Notes: generated by a model from the letters alone, not told the origin. Counted from the stretch's first letter, positions 13,543 to 25,953 are shown. The stretch is 64,000 bases of DNA from Eledone cirrhosa (GCA_964016885.1 OZ024740.1:237274001-237338000); one strand, 5' to 3'. Program-made: numbers and translations.

Positions 13543-16518
13543 TAACTTTGAATAACTTTGAAATGTTTTGGCCAGTATTGGCCCAGGCCATGTCTAACTT
13601 AATAGCACCACCTGGCGAAGTCTTTCAATTCAGGATTTGGGCACCATGGCCCATTCGAGAAGAGAATTACTGTTTGCGGAGACATATCCGGGTGTGGGTG
13701 GTTTGTCCGGGATTACTTGGAGGAATTTGTCCAAAGACTTCTTGAATTTTGTGTGGTCAGTTTCTGTTTTGACGTGTCCTGGTGTGATGTTGAAGAGAGC
13801 AGGGCCGATTGAGGTGAAATAATTGTGCCGTATTGTTGTTATGAGTTGCGATTTAGATTTTTGAATGGGACGGATAGCACGGGGCCCAAGCCTTGGGTGT
13901 ATCTTGAAGGCGATGCCAACATCATTTGGGCAGTGATGATGGAACATTTTCCACATCATGCAGATAATATAACGCTCACGGCGACGTTGGAGTGAGTAAA
14001 GTTTCAGGTTTTCCAATCGACCCCAGTAGTCAAGGTCTGACATGCCATCTATCTTTTTCGTGATTGCTCTTTGAGGAGCTTCAAGTTTCATGATACTTTG
14101 TTTCGTGTGGGGAGACCACAGTGGACAACAGTATTCAAGGTGTGGTCGGGCGAAAGTAGAGAAGAGAAGGATAATGGTGCGGGAATCTCTCGACTGGAAG
14201 GTTCTGAGGATCCAGGAACACATTCTGCGGGCCATGTCAACTTTGCTGCTTATATGCGTGGTCCAGCTTATGTTGCTGTCCACGGTTACTCCCAAGTCTC
14301 TGATGTTGTTAGATGCCACGAGAGTTTCCCCGGAGGGAAGAGAGTACGGGAGTTTCAGAGCATCCTCTTTTCCAAAGTGGATCAGTTCGAATTTGTCTTC
14401 GTTCAGTAACATGTTGTTCTTTTCTGCCCATTGGGTAACAGCCAGTAGGTCTGACTGAAGGCTTATCCGGTCATCCACGCCATTGATGACCTTTTGGAGC
14501 TTGGAATCATCAGCGAAAATTTTAATGTTGCTGTGTTTGATGATGTCAGTGATGTCATTAATATAGATGATAAAGAGAAGTGGGCCCAACACAGTGCCTT
14601 GTGGCACCCCACTACTGACTTTGGCTGGGCTTGATTTGACTCCCTCAACTACAACATGTTGGGTTCTGTTTGACAGGAAGCTCTTGATCCACTGCAGCAG
14701 CTTTCCAGTGACACCAATATTGGACAGCTTTCTCAGTAGAATGTTATGATCAACCCTGTCAAAGGCCTTGCTGAAATCAAGGTAGATAACATCAGTGTTG
14801 GAACCCTCTCCCAAGGCTCTCAAAATGTCATCAAAGTGATGCAGTAGCTGCGTCAGGCAATCCCTTCCATTACGGAATCCATGCTGGTTGGAGTTCAGCA
14901 TATTGTTACTCTCAAGGAAGTGGGTCATTCGCGATCTCACCACTCGCTCAAATACCTTAATGATATGAGAGGTGAGTGAGATTGGACGGTAATTCACGGC
15001 AAGGGATTTGTTTCCCTTTTTGAAAACTGGGACAACAGACTGGGATAGAAGGTTTTCTGGCACATATCCAGCATCCAGTGAGTTCCGCCACAGATTGGCA
15101 AGAGGAGAAGCAAGTTGGTGTTGACACGCCTTCAAGACACAAGCAGGGAACCTATCGGGACCTACTGCTGAATTATGCTTGATTTCCTTTATTGCCGCCA
15201 AGACATCAGGGGCGCCAAACGTTATGTCCGATAAGGTGTAATGGGGAGTAACATCGCCGATACAGCCCAGATCGGCCATATCAGGATTGCTGAAAACAGA
15301 GCAGTATTGTTTCTGCAGTATCTCACCCATGGTTTTAGCATTGTCTTGAAGAGTGCCATTTTCATCAATTAGAGGGCCAACAGTAGAGCCAGTGATTTTG
15401 TGTTTTTTTGCAAATGAAAAGAACACTTTGGGATTGAGTTTGATCTTCTCAATGGCCCAGGCCTCTTCAGCTCTTCTCTGATTGTTGATGAGGGACATTA
15501 TGTTGTTTTGGAGGTTATGTTTTTTAATCTCTAGTGATGAAATGGCAGTCAAGTTGATGTGTTGCTGCTGACAGTATTTCAGCTTGTTGATTTTTTTGTT
15601 CGTTCTCTTAATTTTTCTGATGAGCGTTTTTCTATTTCTAGGGATTCTGCTCTTAGATTTGTTTATAGTTCTTAATGGGGTGTGTTTAGCACATATGTTT
15701 GTAACAGTGTCCACAAATGTCTGCCAGGACTTTTTGATGTTAGTGGGTGTATGAGTGTGCGTGAAGGACCAGTCGACATGTGCAAGATCATGACTGATCG
15801 CTTCCCAGTTTGCATTGTGGAAATCCATAGCGTCAAACGGATGGACAGGAGAGATGACATTGGGTTTGTATATTGGACGGTGGAATCTCAGATCACAGAG
15901 AACCATGTCATGATCAGAGAGTAGAGTTTTCTCCACTGCAATATTGTGGATATTGTCAGTGTGATTGCTGAAAATTAAGTCTAGGACGTTTTTGTGGCAC
16001 CTCGTTGGTTCGAGCACTAGTTGGGATAGGAAGAAATCATCCATGAAGTCAAGAAGCGATTCCACAGCTTCCCTGTCAGAGGTTGAGGCAGAAGAACCTG
16101 GTGGCAGGGTGTTTGTGGACCAGTCAACTCCGGGGAGGTTGAAGTCCCCCATCATTAAGATGTTGTCAGGGTGACACTCTTGGATGAAACACTTTATGCT
16201 GTTGAGGCATTCCTTGAAGCATGGTACAGGCGTTTGGGGTGGCCTATAGAGCCCAACTACTAATAGGTTGTTGGTTTGACTGAATACAGTGACTGCCTCA
16301 CAGTATCCATTAGTGAATATGTTCATAGCCTCTGTTGAGAAAGAATTATGGACATAAATGGCAGTTCCGCCCTTTCTTCTGCCAGCGCGATCAGCACGGA
16401 TGGCTTTGAAATTTTTCACTTTCACCTCGGCTTCCAAGTGGAGGTTACTGAGATGGGTTTCAGTGAGGACGAAGAAAGGGATGTGGTTTGGATGGACATC
16501 AATCCAGTCCTCCAGGAC
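13543..16518 (-). mobile_element. Young 5'-truncated CR1-group (CR1/L2/Crack/Daphne-like) LINE inserted in TA microsatellite
   Basis: Uninterrupted EN+RT ORF, short 3' UTR with hairpin (13570-13583), 10-bp tail repeat (TTCAAAGTTA)x2 at 13543-13562; the same TGTATACATACATATATATATCTATATA microsatellite motif occurs on both flanks. Confidence 0.95.
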
Positions 16519-16617
16519 TATATATATATATGTATACATACATATATATATATATATGTATACATACATATATATATCTATATATATGTATATATATATA
16601 TATATATATGTATACAT
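13630..16617 (-). CDS. LINE ORF2: apurinic-like endonuclease + reverse transcriptase (first ~33 codons come from microsatellite; LINE homology starts ~16518)
   Basis: EN motifs LTETHL, YRPP, MGDFN, LDLIF, SDH; RT motifs [42 protein letters not shown]; C-terminal [13 protein letters not shown] typical of the CR1 group. Confidence 0.93.
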   Translation of the reverse strand: MYTYIYIYIYIYIDIYMYVYIYIYICMYTYIYIVLEDWIDVHPNHIPFFVLTETHLSNLHLEAEVKVKNFKAIRADRAGRRKGGTAIYVHNSFSTEAMNIFTNGYCEAVTVFSQTNNLLVVGLYRPPQTPVPCFKECLNSIKCFIQECHPDNILMMGDFNLPGVDWSTNTLPPGSSASTSDREAVESLLDFMDDFFLSQLVLEPTRCHKNVLDLIFSNHTDNIHNIAVEKTLLSDHDMVLCDLRFHRPIYKPNVISPVHPFDAMDFHNANWEAISHDLAHVDWSFTHTHTPTNIKKSWQTFVDTVTNICAKHTPLRTINKSKSRIPRNRKTLIRKIKRTNKKINKLKYCQQQHINLTAISSLEIKKHNLQNNIMSLINNQRRAEEAWAIEKIKLNPKVFFSFAKKHKITGSTVGPLIDENGTLQDNAKTMGEILQKQYCSVFSNPDMADLGCIGDVTPHYTLSDITFGAPDVLAAIKEIKHNSAVGPDRFPACVLKACQHQLASPLANLWRNSLDAGYVPENLLSQSVVPVFKKGNKSLAVNYRPISLTSHIIKVFERVVRSRMTHFLESNNMLNSNQHGFRNGRDCLTQLLHHFDDILRALGEGSNTDVIYLDFSKAFDRVDHNILLRKLSNIGVTGKLLQWIKSFLSNRTQHVVVEGVKSSPAKVSSGVPQGTVLGPLLFIIYINDITDIIKHSNIKIFADDSKLQKVINGVDDRISLQSDLLAVTQWAEKNNMLLNEDKFELIHFGKEDALKLPYSLPSGETLVASNNIRDLGVTVDSNISWTTHISSKVDMARRMCSWILRTFQSRDSRTIILLFSTFARPHLEYCCPLWSPHTKQSIMKLEAPQRAITKKIDGMSDLDYWGRLENLKLYSLQRRRERYIICMMWKMFHHHCPNDVGIAFKIHPRLGPRAIRPIQKSKSQLITTIRHNYFTSIGPALFNITPGHVKTETDHTKFKKSLDKFLQVIPDKPPTPGYVSANSNSLLEWAMVPKS

Positions 16618-16784
16618 ACATATATATATATATATATATATCTATATATATGTATGTATATATATATATATATATATATGTATACATACATATATATATC
16701 TATATATCTATACATATATATCTATATCTATACATATATATTTATATATGTATGTATATATATATATGTATATATATATGTATA

Positions 16785-16840
<56 letters not shown>

Positions 16841-16844
16841 GGTA
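16519..16844. repeat. (TA)n-based microsatellite
   Basis: Direct inspection. Confidence 0.95.
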
Positions 16845-17208
16845 TACTCTTTTACTCTTTTACTCTTTTACCTGTTTCAGCCATCCGGCTGAGGCCCTGC
16901 TGGGGCACCGCCCTTGTTGCTACACATTTTATCTCCAGCCTGTATAGGTTGGCCACTGGTGTAGGAGGGAGTTTGTTGCTGCTGCCCTTAAGTTTCCTTC
17001 GTGTCTTGCTGTGGGCTCATCCGGGATCCTGGATAACAAGGTGTAGAGATGTTTCTTAAAGACATCCACCTCCACGTCATGCAAGTCTCGCAGATGCCTC
17101 GGCAGCCTGTTGAAGAGTTGAGGGCCCTTGAATCCCAGGCTATTGCAATACCTGCTCCTTATTCTAGATGTGGAAGACGGGACCTTTGGCACCACACAGT
17201 GACGTCCT
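16845..17208 (-). mobile_element. 3' fragment of a second CR1-group LINE family
   Basis: GPQLFNRLP...FKKHL...IPDEP...ATNSLL aligns with the C-terminus of the 995-aa ORF (GPALFNITP...FKKSLD...IPDKP...NSNSLL); 3' hairpin 16877-16892; tail (GTAAAAGA)n; flanked by (TA)n with ATAGGTAT on both sides. Confidence 0.88.
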
Positions 17209-17277
17209 GTATATGTATATATATATATATGTATATGTGTATATATATATATATAGGTATATATATATATATATAGG

Positions 17278-17361
<84 letters not shown>

Positions 17362-17382
17362 TAGGTATATATATATATATAT

Positions 17383-17431
<49 letters not shown>
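17209..17431. repeat. (TA)n microsatellite
   Basis: Direct inspection. Confidence 0.95.
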
Positions 17432-17433
<2 letters not shown>

Positions 17434-18454
17434 CTAGAAGGATAATAATTTCTTCATTCACCAAGAAAAATATTATGACAACACAGGACGAAAACACAGT
17501 GGATGTATGTGTGTGAGTATGTGTGGGTTTTGCATGTAAACAAATTTAACAATGTTCTAAAGAAAGATAATAAAATTAAAATATGGGATTCCTCATTACG
17601 GAGGAGACAATCTAAGGGGCACTCATTGAAAAAAACACCATAAAGCCACAGGTGCCCTGATCTCTAGAGTAAATGCCCTGTCTCACAGTGGACTTAATCA
17701 CTCAGGTCATGTTCACCTATCACCCACCTTTCAACAAATTGCTTTGAAGGCAACACGTCGTTCTCCACCCTGATTTTCCTCTTCAAGTAAAACCTGAAGA
17801 AGTGAATCAGCTTCGCCGAAGAAGACAGTGCTCATCTTGAACCGTTTTAGACACGTCCACCATACAACTACTTCCACCATGGCCACAAGACAGATAAAAA
17901 CAGCCTACCCTTTCTGACTAAAGGAAGGCGGCAGTTGGTAGTTAGCCGGATTCGTCCTACACGCAACAGCAGGTGTTTAACATAAATTCACAAGTCAACA
18001 ATGCTTGGACACTGGAAGATTGCATGCAGGATGGTTTCATCACCCTGCTTGCATCTTAGACCGGCCTCGCTGTCAGCACTTCCAGGCCAGAAATTTCTGG
18101 CGATTATCCATGGGCTCTGGACCAAAAGTCCTCCTGAAAGAGTGGCTAGTTCATTTTCATCGATTTCTTGATAATTATAATTGTTTTTCTTATGATGGCG
18201 TTATGCTGGTGATACTGGAAATGAAATGATGGTTTTTAGCTCGCTGAACAGCAACTAAATAATATTGAAAACTATTAGTCAAGGGAAGCAACCTGTACTA
18301 ATCTGGCATTTGCAAGTGTGTCTAAGAAAGTTATGTACTCTTGCTCCTGTAACATTTTATTTAAAATTGTCTTTTATTTCAGTGTGAGTTCAATTTAAAG
18401 TTTGATAACAAAATATCTCGTTATAGACTCTGCACTACTTTAAAGTAAGTGAGT

Positions 18455-18648
18455 TAGTTGCTCAACTAGCTAGAAATAGCAGCCAAATATCCCTCGAATC
18501 ACACCATACCATCATAAAAAAGGACACATTAGATAATGAAGTTTTAGATGTATTATGTTTGAGTAAAATATGAGTGGTCATTGTTGGAACGCCTTTCATC
18601 ATAGTTATGTTTGGCCAAGGAGGACCAGATGTTAAACAACAACAACGT
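18455..18648 (+). mobile_element. Old SINE-like interspersed repeat ending in (AAC)n; related copies near 36000-36190, 37880-38360, 42460-42650 and 61125-61165(-)
   Basis: Shared motif CTAGAAATAGCAGCCAAATCTCCCTCAAATCACACC and a ...TAAACAACAAC end seen in several copies. Confidence 0.6.
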
Positions 18649-18765
18649 TCACATATACAAAAAGATCAAGTGTATAGGGTAGAGAGGACTCTCCGGTCAA
18701 TGCGGTGGGAGCAATTGGAGCCAGTTGGGCACTGATACGAGGAGCCTAATCCATCTCACAGAGTA

Positions 18766-19160
18766 CCATAGTTTTGTGGCCTGGTACTGGATGGTGCCAC
18801 TATGAGGAGGGACAGGCCAGCTGGCCATGCTGAATCGACCACACAGCATAACCATAGTTTTGGAGCCCAGGGCAGGATGACACCCCTATGAAGGGCAGGT
18901 GTGGAACCACAGTTTTGGAGCTTGACTCACAGCAGGAACACAGTTTTTGGAGCTCGGCACTGGATGACACCACTATGAGCAGGAACAGGCCAATTTGGCG
19001 ACACCAAAGCCTTCTCACAGCAGAACCCCAGTTTCAGAGCCTTCTCAATACAAAATCGCATTTTGGGAGTCTGGGACTGGATGGCATCACTATGAGGAGG
19101 GACAGGCCAGTTGGCCTCACCAAACCCTTCTCAAAGCTGCATCCCAGTTTTGGAGATGGG
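18766..19160. repeat. Diverged tandem repeat (GC-richer)
   Basis: Motif CCA(T/C)AGTTTTGGAG...CTGGATG.CACCACTATGAG.AGG.ACAGGCCA recurs about 4 times. Confidence 0.7.
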
Positions 19161-19522
19161 CACTCTACGCAACAAACCCTTTTCATTACGAAACAACATT
19201 TCGGACCTCACATAACGAAACGAAACCAATGTGGGCCACAAATCAGTTTATTTTTTAGAATGTTAACAATTGTATTTTCTGGCTCTAAAGAGGAATCCTT
19301 GTCTTTGTGAGGTAGTTTTGGCGGTATTACATATAGATATCACTATGAGAAATTGTCTAATGTTGGTTGAAATAGCATTTGTAAAGTTTTTGGTACTGTT
19401 CAAGGAGTCTAGGCTGTCTTGTTCTCTTTGAAGGATGTGTTCAATATACTCTCATATATACCCATAAAATTAGTTTAACTCTTAAAGTCCTGTTTCACAT
19501 GAAATTGCATTAACAAGACATT

Positions 19523-19775
19523 TTTGAAAAGTATAAAACAACACTATGACTGCATCACATTGAAAATTGAAGTCTTTACTCTAATACTGCAAAAGTTCAC
19601 TACAGTAATAAACATACTATTAACATTTGACTTAACAATCCTAATGAAACTTCATTAGAAAAACATCCTTGAAAAGTATAAAGCAGCACTGTGGCTGCAT
19701 CACATTTAAAATTAAAGTATATTGTAAATTTTCACTACTATTTTCAGCAGTAAAGGTAGTATAAACATTTGAATT
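19523..19775. repeat. Local ~145-bp tandem duplication
   Basis: TTGAAAAGTATAAA.CA.CACT.TG.CTGCATCACATT.AAAATT.AAGT at ~19523 and ~19669. Confidence 0.7.
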
Positions 19776-20294
19776 AATAAACTCATTGTTAGTCATTGTC
19801 TGCTAAATTAAGAGTTAATATGTGCACTGTATTTGATTTATACCTTCTATAATAATGTATGTTTAATATAAGCTCACTATAACAGTTTCGCATACACTGT
19901 ATAAAACTGTTTGTTCACTATGTGTATGTTCACAATACACTCTTATTTCAATGTATGTTTAATAAATACTGCTTTTATTATGTGTTTATTTATACAACAA
20001 TGAATGTTTTAAGGCCATTTTCTCTGTTAAAGCAAGGGTTAGCTTTGTGGACCCCCCATGATTTGGTATCTGTTTTGAGACAATCTTTTACAGATGGATG
20101 CCAACCTTTCTTTTTACCTCTTATAACATGCATGATTATAGTGTACCTAATCTAAACCAGATACTTCTGCTGCTGCTATATCAACTACTACTACTACTAG
20201 TACTGATGATGGCAACGATGATGACGAACAATAATAACAACAATAATGATAATAATGAATGTAAACTTGCTTATCAATCTTAGATGTTTCCATT

Positions 20295-21679
20295 TCCAGG
20301 GCGGGTAAAATTCCTGAGATCCATGGACGAGTTTTCCCCAGCAGTCTCTGTCCTTCATTATCGTCGCCATGTCCTGTGTCTCCAACAGACCAGTGTCTGT
20401 CCTTAGGACATCAATATATGTCATCCTTCGTCTCTCTCTTCTAGTGTGTCCGTGTAGAGGCTCCCACAGGACCACTGAGTGCAGTGTCAACTCTGAATGT
20501 CAGTGAGCATGTCCAGCTAACCTCAGTCTTCTTTGTGTTACTTTCGAGCTGACGTTTGGGAGGCTCCCATACGGCTCTGAGTTCTTCATCCTCAGTGTAT
20601 ACTGATTAATGTTCAGAGTCATCCTCGTGTAGCACCCATCCACCATCTTAGTGAGTCTCTTAGTCAGTGTCCAAGTCTCAGACCTGTACAGCAGCACAGA
20701 CTCAGTGGAGTCTGTGCTGCTGTAGAGATGGATCTTCAGGTCTTTACGAAGGTCTGACTTCCACACCAACCTCAAACTATGACACGCCACCCATATCTTT
20801 GATATACACCTCTCCAAGTCGCAGATTGATTTCATTCTGGTGAGGAACAAGTGGCGGAATAGTGTTCTGAACACAGAACCATACAATTATTTCAGTACAC
20901 TGGGTAGTGATCACTGGCTTGTTGTGAGTGAGGTCTGGGTGAGCTTAAGAAAGAGTAAGGCTCAGCCTCGGAGAGTGATTTATGACTGGGGAACTTTCAA
21001 GGAAGATAAGCTACAGGAGCAGTACACAGTAAAAGTGAGGAACAGGTTCAGTACTCTATGTGGCGAGGTAGAGGAGAGAGAGATTGGAGGGACTGAGGAG
21101 AGTGTGACGAGGAGGTATGGGTACTTCACCACTTCAGTGGCAGAAGCAAGTGAAGCCTTGGTGCCGAGAAGAGAGAGGAAGAGGAAGAACGTCCGCTCTG
21201 CAGACCCAAAAGTGTGTGCTAGGGAACACCTGAAAGCTGCCACGGACCAATTCCATGCTGATGTTACTGAGGAGAGGAAGGAGAATGTGGAGGTGATGAA
21301 GGAAGAACTCTGTACTGCTTACACTGAAGCCAGAGAGGAGGCACTGATAGAGAAGATCGGGAGTGTAGAGAGAGCGGTTGACAGGTGTGAGTATAAAGAC
21401 AGCTGGACAATCATCAACGAGATCACAGGGAGGAGGAGAGGGATTTGAGTCAGTTCCAGGGAGCAGGGCCCGAAAATAGGAAGAGGAAATGATCGGACCA
21501 TTTTAAGACCCTACTAGGAGAGCCGTCTTCCACAGCCCAGAACACTGGGGAGATCAGACATCTGTTTGAGGAACTGGATATTGAGACAAGACCCTTTGCC
21601 AGAGAGGAGCTTCAGAGAGCCAAGGAGAGTATCAAGGAGGGCAAGGCTAATGGAGAAGATGGAATGACATCAGAGGTGT
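20295..21679 (-). mobile_element. RTE-like LINE insertion with inverted 5' segment, bounded by a 12-bp TSD
   Basis: Minus strand 20295-20793 encodes the RT C-terminal region (ESVLLYRSETWTLT...RRLRLAGH...VLWEP); plus strand 20789-21679 encodes the EN end and linker (SQIDFILVRNKW...SDH...GKANGEDG). TSD GATGTTTCCATT at 20283-20294 and 21680-21691. Confidence 0.9.
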
Positions 21680-22659
21680 GATGTTTCCATTATTAATGAA
21701 GACCAGCATTAATTATATTTGTCTGTTTGTCTACTTAGAAGGATGGAAACAACAAACTACAGCTGTTTCTTGCTAATTATATAACAGAAGAATAATTAAT
21801 TGCTTCAACTTTCTTAATTAATTAGAATTGCCACCAACACTGATACCAGTTTTATATAACAGCACATAACAGATAACCACCTTGACTGTCTCAGTGATTC
21901 TTGTCACTTTATCATTGTGTGTCAGTAGAAATACAGTTTGATTTCTATAGTTCTAAAAGATCAAAAGTGGTCAGTATAGTTGAAAGGTTATTTTAGAAAG
22001 AAGCTTGAAACAGATGGTATATGATTGTGTATTGTGATTAGAAGCAGGTGATGTTTCAAGATAATTATCTGAACTACAATGTTTACTAAATCTATGCCTA
22101 TACATTATTTATATTTTCACTGTTTTGATTGGTTTGTTTGAGAACCAATCAAAACAATAGATTTGTACATGGGCCCAGGTTAAATTCAAGATAGGATACT
22201 TTATTTCTAAATTTATTCACTAAACCACCAGCACCTGCCCTTAGTTTAGTGTTAGCAAGCTACAGAAGTAAAATAAAATAAAAAGAAATCAATGTATGAG
22301 GTTTGTAGAAAGATACAGAAAATATAGGGTGCAATCAAATTGGATACAATACCATTAGGGTTTGTATCAGGACATGGAAATACAGACTATATTTCTGTTA
22401 ATCCATCTGAAAATAGGTATGGTTTTACATGTCATGGCTCAAGTAGATTTCATTTTGAAGAAAACACCCAGCTTTAAACAAACTGTTTCAACAATGTGTA
22501 GAATTTTGTAGATCCATCTAGCACCATCCCAGCAGGTTAAATCTGAGGAGGTAAAGATATTCTAGGTTTCCAGTATTTTTACAAACCTCTATTGGATAGT
22601 GATGAGAATTATTTAACTACATCCCCTCAAGGATGTTGATGATGATGATGGTGGCAGTG

Positions 22660-23000
22660 GTTTCTACAAGGCACAAGGCCGGATTGAGGAGAAGTTAATA
22701 TATTGATCCACAATACTTGGCTGGTACTTTATTTCATGGACCCTAGTAGGAAGAAATGCAAAGTTGACCTCAACCATATTTGAACTCAGTGTAAAAGAGC
22801 TGGGACAAATCCTGCAAAGCATCTATCCAACACTATTGATTCTGCCAAAAAGGGCTTCTAATTTTGGTACAAAGCCTGAAATTTTGACTGATACCTTATT
22901 TTATTGACTTCTGAATGATGAAAGACAAAGCTGTCTTCTGCAGGATTTGAACTCAGAATGCAAAGAACCAGAACAAATATAGCATAGCATTGGACTAACA
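22660..23000 (-). mobile_element. Two decayed copies of the tRNA-derived SINE
   Basis: Degenerate GGCACAAGGCC...GGTACTTTATTT...AAAG.CAAAG...TTTGAACTCAG motifs. Confidence 0.7.
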
Positions 23001-23011
23001 TTCTAAATAAT

Positions 23012-23213
23012 TGTTTCTACTTTAGGCACAAGACCAGCAATTTGAAGGGGAGTGGAAAGTCGATTAAATCAATTCCAGTGCATTACTGGTACTTAATTTA
23101 TCGACCCCGAAAGGATGAAAGGCAAGGATTTGAACCTAGAACGTAAAGGGCCGTAACTCTGTACCAAGAAGCATGGTGTCTGACACTCTACCGATACTGC
23201 CAATCCACCGCCC
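23012..23213 (-). mobile_element. tRNA-derived SINE with TSD
   Basis: On the minus strand: A box TGGCAGTATCGG, B box GGTTCAAATCC, core CCTTTCATCCTTTCGGGGTCGATAAATTAAGTACCAG; TSD ACT(A/G)ACATTCTAAATAAT at 22994-23011 and 23215-23232. Confidence 0.9.
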
Positions 23214-23819
23214 TACTGACATTCTAAATAATAATAATAGGAAATATTACAATAGATGAGAACAATGGAGGAAAATTGCATTACTACAAATGTTTCTTTG
23301 TTGTTGCCTATATTGACATAAATTCTTTCCAGTCCTTCTACTTATTATTATTAGAGCTACATGTCTCAGTGACTTTCGTTTTATTCAGGCAGTTCTCCAC
23401 AACATTGCATTCAGAATAACACTTATTATCTTGTCTTTTGAAATTGTAACACTGCGTGACTGCAGTCATGGATTTTTAGTTAATTGACCCTGTCTACAAT
23501 ACTTTGTCGTGTGTGTGCATGTATGTATAAGTAAAAATAAAAGTTGAGAATGCACTAAATGTTTTTTTTACATAAATTTAGGGTACATAATAATATTCCA
23601 TCTCCCAAATCATCCCTTCTCACAAAACAAAATAATGTAATATGAAATGGAAAAAAATATTACTTTACCAACTGGTTTACACTCTTACAACATTTGGAGT
23701 TCTTGAAAAAAAAAACCTTGAAGAACTTGTCAGGAAATGCATCACAACAATTAGTGGCATGTTACCCTGGAGAAAAGACACCTACTGATACAAGCAAAGC
23801 AAATTGATATTAACATAAT

Positions 23820-24227
23820 TGTTTCTATTTTTTGGCACAAGGCCAGCAATTACCCAGTGTATTACTGGTACTTTAATTTATCAACCCCGTAAGGATGAAA
23901 GGCAAAGTTAACCTCGGCAGGATTTGAACTCAGAATGGCAAGGGTCGTAACTAGAATGGCAAGGGTCGTAACTCTATGCATCAAAGCATGGCGTTCGACC
24001 CTCTACCGATACTGCCAATCCACCACAATGGATATTAACATAATTGTTTCTACTTTAGGCACAAGGCCAGCAATTACCCAGTGCATTACTGGTACTTTAT
24101 TTTATCGACCCCGTAAGGATGAAAGGCAAAGTTAACCTCAGCGGGATTTGAACTTAGACCGTAAAGGGACGTAACTATGCTGGAAAGCATGGCGTCCGAC
24201 CCTCCACCGATACTGCCTAAACCGCCC
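23820..24227 (-). mobile_element. Two tandem SINE copies (23820-24026, 24045-24227); the left one inserted at the tail of the right one
   Basis: TSD GATATTAACATAAT at 23806-23819 and 24031-24044; 21-bp internal duplication at 23932-23973 in the left copy. Confidence 0.9.
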
Positions 24228-24760
24228 TTCACAGCAGATGACACGGTTATGGAGGGGAGGATAATATTGAACGATCTCTCTCCAAGTATAACCCTTTTAA
24301 ATCTCCATCTACTGCTCTATTCCTTGACTTTTCATCTATCACCATCTATCCTATTCACTGTAATGAGGGAGGGCATATGATCTGTCTGTTTGTAATCTCT
24401 CTACTGTCACTCATTGTTATATTATCACTTTAGATTGCTATCACTCTCTTTCTCTCTCTCTCTCATATATATATATAAACAACACTTTGCCCATTTCACC
24501 TGTCTTGACCTTAATTTTAACACAAAAGAATTTAAAATAAATAAATAAATGAATAAATAAATATCAAAACCACTTCCGGCCAACATGGACTCTGGAATAG
24601 TTCCTCTATTTTCTTCTATCGAAGACATACTAATCTCAAAATATCAGGTCATATGAATAAATTAAGGTAAAAAAGAACAAGCCCTACTTTTTATCCTTTT
24701 TGCATTTTGATTTTTTTCTCTGTCCAAACCCTGCATTGTCATGGCTTTCCAACTTCAAAT

Positions 24761-24793
<33 letters not shown>

Positions 24794-25033
24794 CACACAT
24801 AATGGTAATGAGTAGAATAGAAATTGCAGCTGCAAGTAGCAGATTAGCATCCAACCTGCGAAGATTGTCACAAAGCACTCGATGAGTAATTAATAAATTT
24901 CTCCTCAGAATAAACTCAAGAAGTTAGGTAATAATGACACTATGAATAATGCGATCTGAGGCATGTTACCACATTAATACTACAAGGAAAAATACAGACA
25001 GGTTAAAGACAAACCTGTATATATATATATATA

Positions 25034-25410
25034 TCATCATCATCATCATCATCAACGTTTAACGTCCGTGTTCCACGCTTGCATGGGTTTGGACGGGGGT
25101 AGTCCCACTTGAGGCAAGAGTGATTGTCTTGCTCGCATAGGACTGTCTGGCAGGTTTTCTACAGTTGGATGCCCTTCCTAACACCAACCACATTTACAGT
25201 GTGGGTCTGGGAGGTTTTTACCGTGTTGCCTACACGGCCACATTACAGCGTGGACTGTGTGTTTTTTTGTCGTGACACCTACACGATCTCATTTGTTTCG
25301 GCCTGGATGTTGTGGCACCAACATAACTTTACCTAGGAGGGGGTGGTGTGGATGGGGTGTGGGTGGTGGGACGTGGGTGTATTTTGTTAGAGATGCCTAC
25401 TGGCTGTAGT
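25034..25410 (-). mobile_element. Non-autonomous retroelement with RTE-type (GAT)n tail, flanked by (TA)n
   Basis: About 220 bp nearly identical to 59902-60122; its 3' end GCGTGGAACACGGACGTTAAACG..(GAT)n resembles the 3' end of the RTE LINE at 47720-47754. Confidence 0.8.
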
Positions 25411-25498
25411 ATATATATATATATATATATATACAGACTAAGATGATCGGAAATGGTTTTCTGTAGTCTTAGCTGCTCACTGTTACTCACTCAATAAT

Positions 25499-25682
25499 TG
25501 TTTCTACTTTTGGCACAAGGCCAGCAATTACCCAGTGCATTACTGGTACTTTATTTTATCGACCCCGTAAGGATGAAAGGCAAAGTTAACCTCGGCGGGA
25601 TTTGAACTCAGAATGGCAAGGGCCGTAACTCTATGCATCAAAGCATGGCATCCAACCCTCTACCGATACTGCCAATTCACCG
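25499..25682 (-). mobile_element. tRNA-derived SINE with 12-bp TSD
   Basis: A/B boxes TGGCAGTATCGG and GAGTTCAAATCC; TSD TCACTCAATAAT at 25487-25498 and 25683-25694. Confidence 0.92.
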
Positions 25683-25914
25683 TCACTCAATAATGATGTC
25701 TCGAAGGCACATGCGATCAAAACACATGGAGCGCTAACCAAATGTATATTTGTAATAGAGCTGTACCACTAACAATAAGTCCCGGACCCAATATGGGTTT
25801 CTGAAAATGCACACTGCAACAACAGCTGCAGGGTGCAATCCGTTAGCTGCAGTGGCAGGGTAAGTACAAGTACACCTGCCAGTTATATTATGTTCACGCT
25901 TGGTGAAAATGGAG

Positions 25915-25953
25915 GGTCCGACGTTTCGGACAGAAGTCCTTCATCAGGAAAGT
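25915..25953 (-). ncRNA. Minimal type I hammerhead ribozyme in the 3' region of a Penelope-like element
   Basis: Minus strand reads TTC-CTGATGA-A-GGAC-TTCT-GTCC-GAAA-C-GTC-GGA: intact core, 4-bp stem II, palindromic ACGT helix III, GUC cleavage triplet, short stem I. Confidence 0.8.

Noticed and set aside
10820-13745. Many long Tyr/Ile/Val/Cys/Met ORFs (up to 525 aa) on both strands; similar ones at 16350-17500, 51370-51750, 52820-53240 and 59400-60420
   Set aside because: Translation of alternating purine-pyrimidine microsatellite, which cannot form stop codons; no coding signal.
13637-16174. Short ORFs overlapping the LINE ORF2
   Set aside because: Antisense or alternate-frame by-products of the LINE coding sequence.
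17790-17850. CTGAAGA...GAA hammerhead-like motif
   Set aside because: Stem II does not close next to a GAAA and there is no cleavage triplet with stem I.
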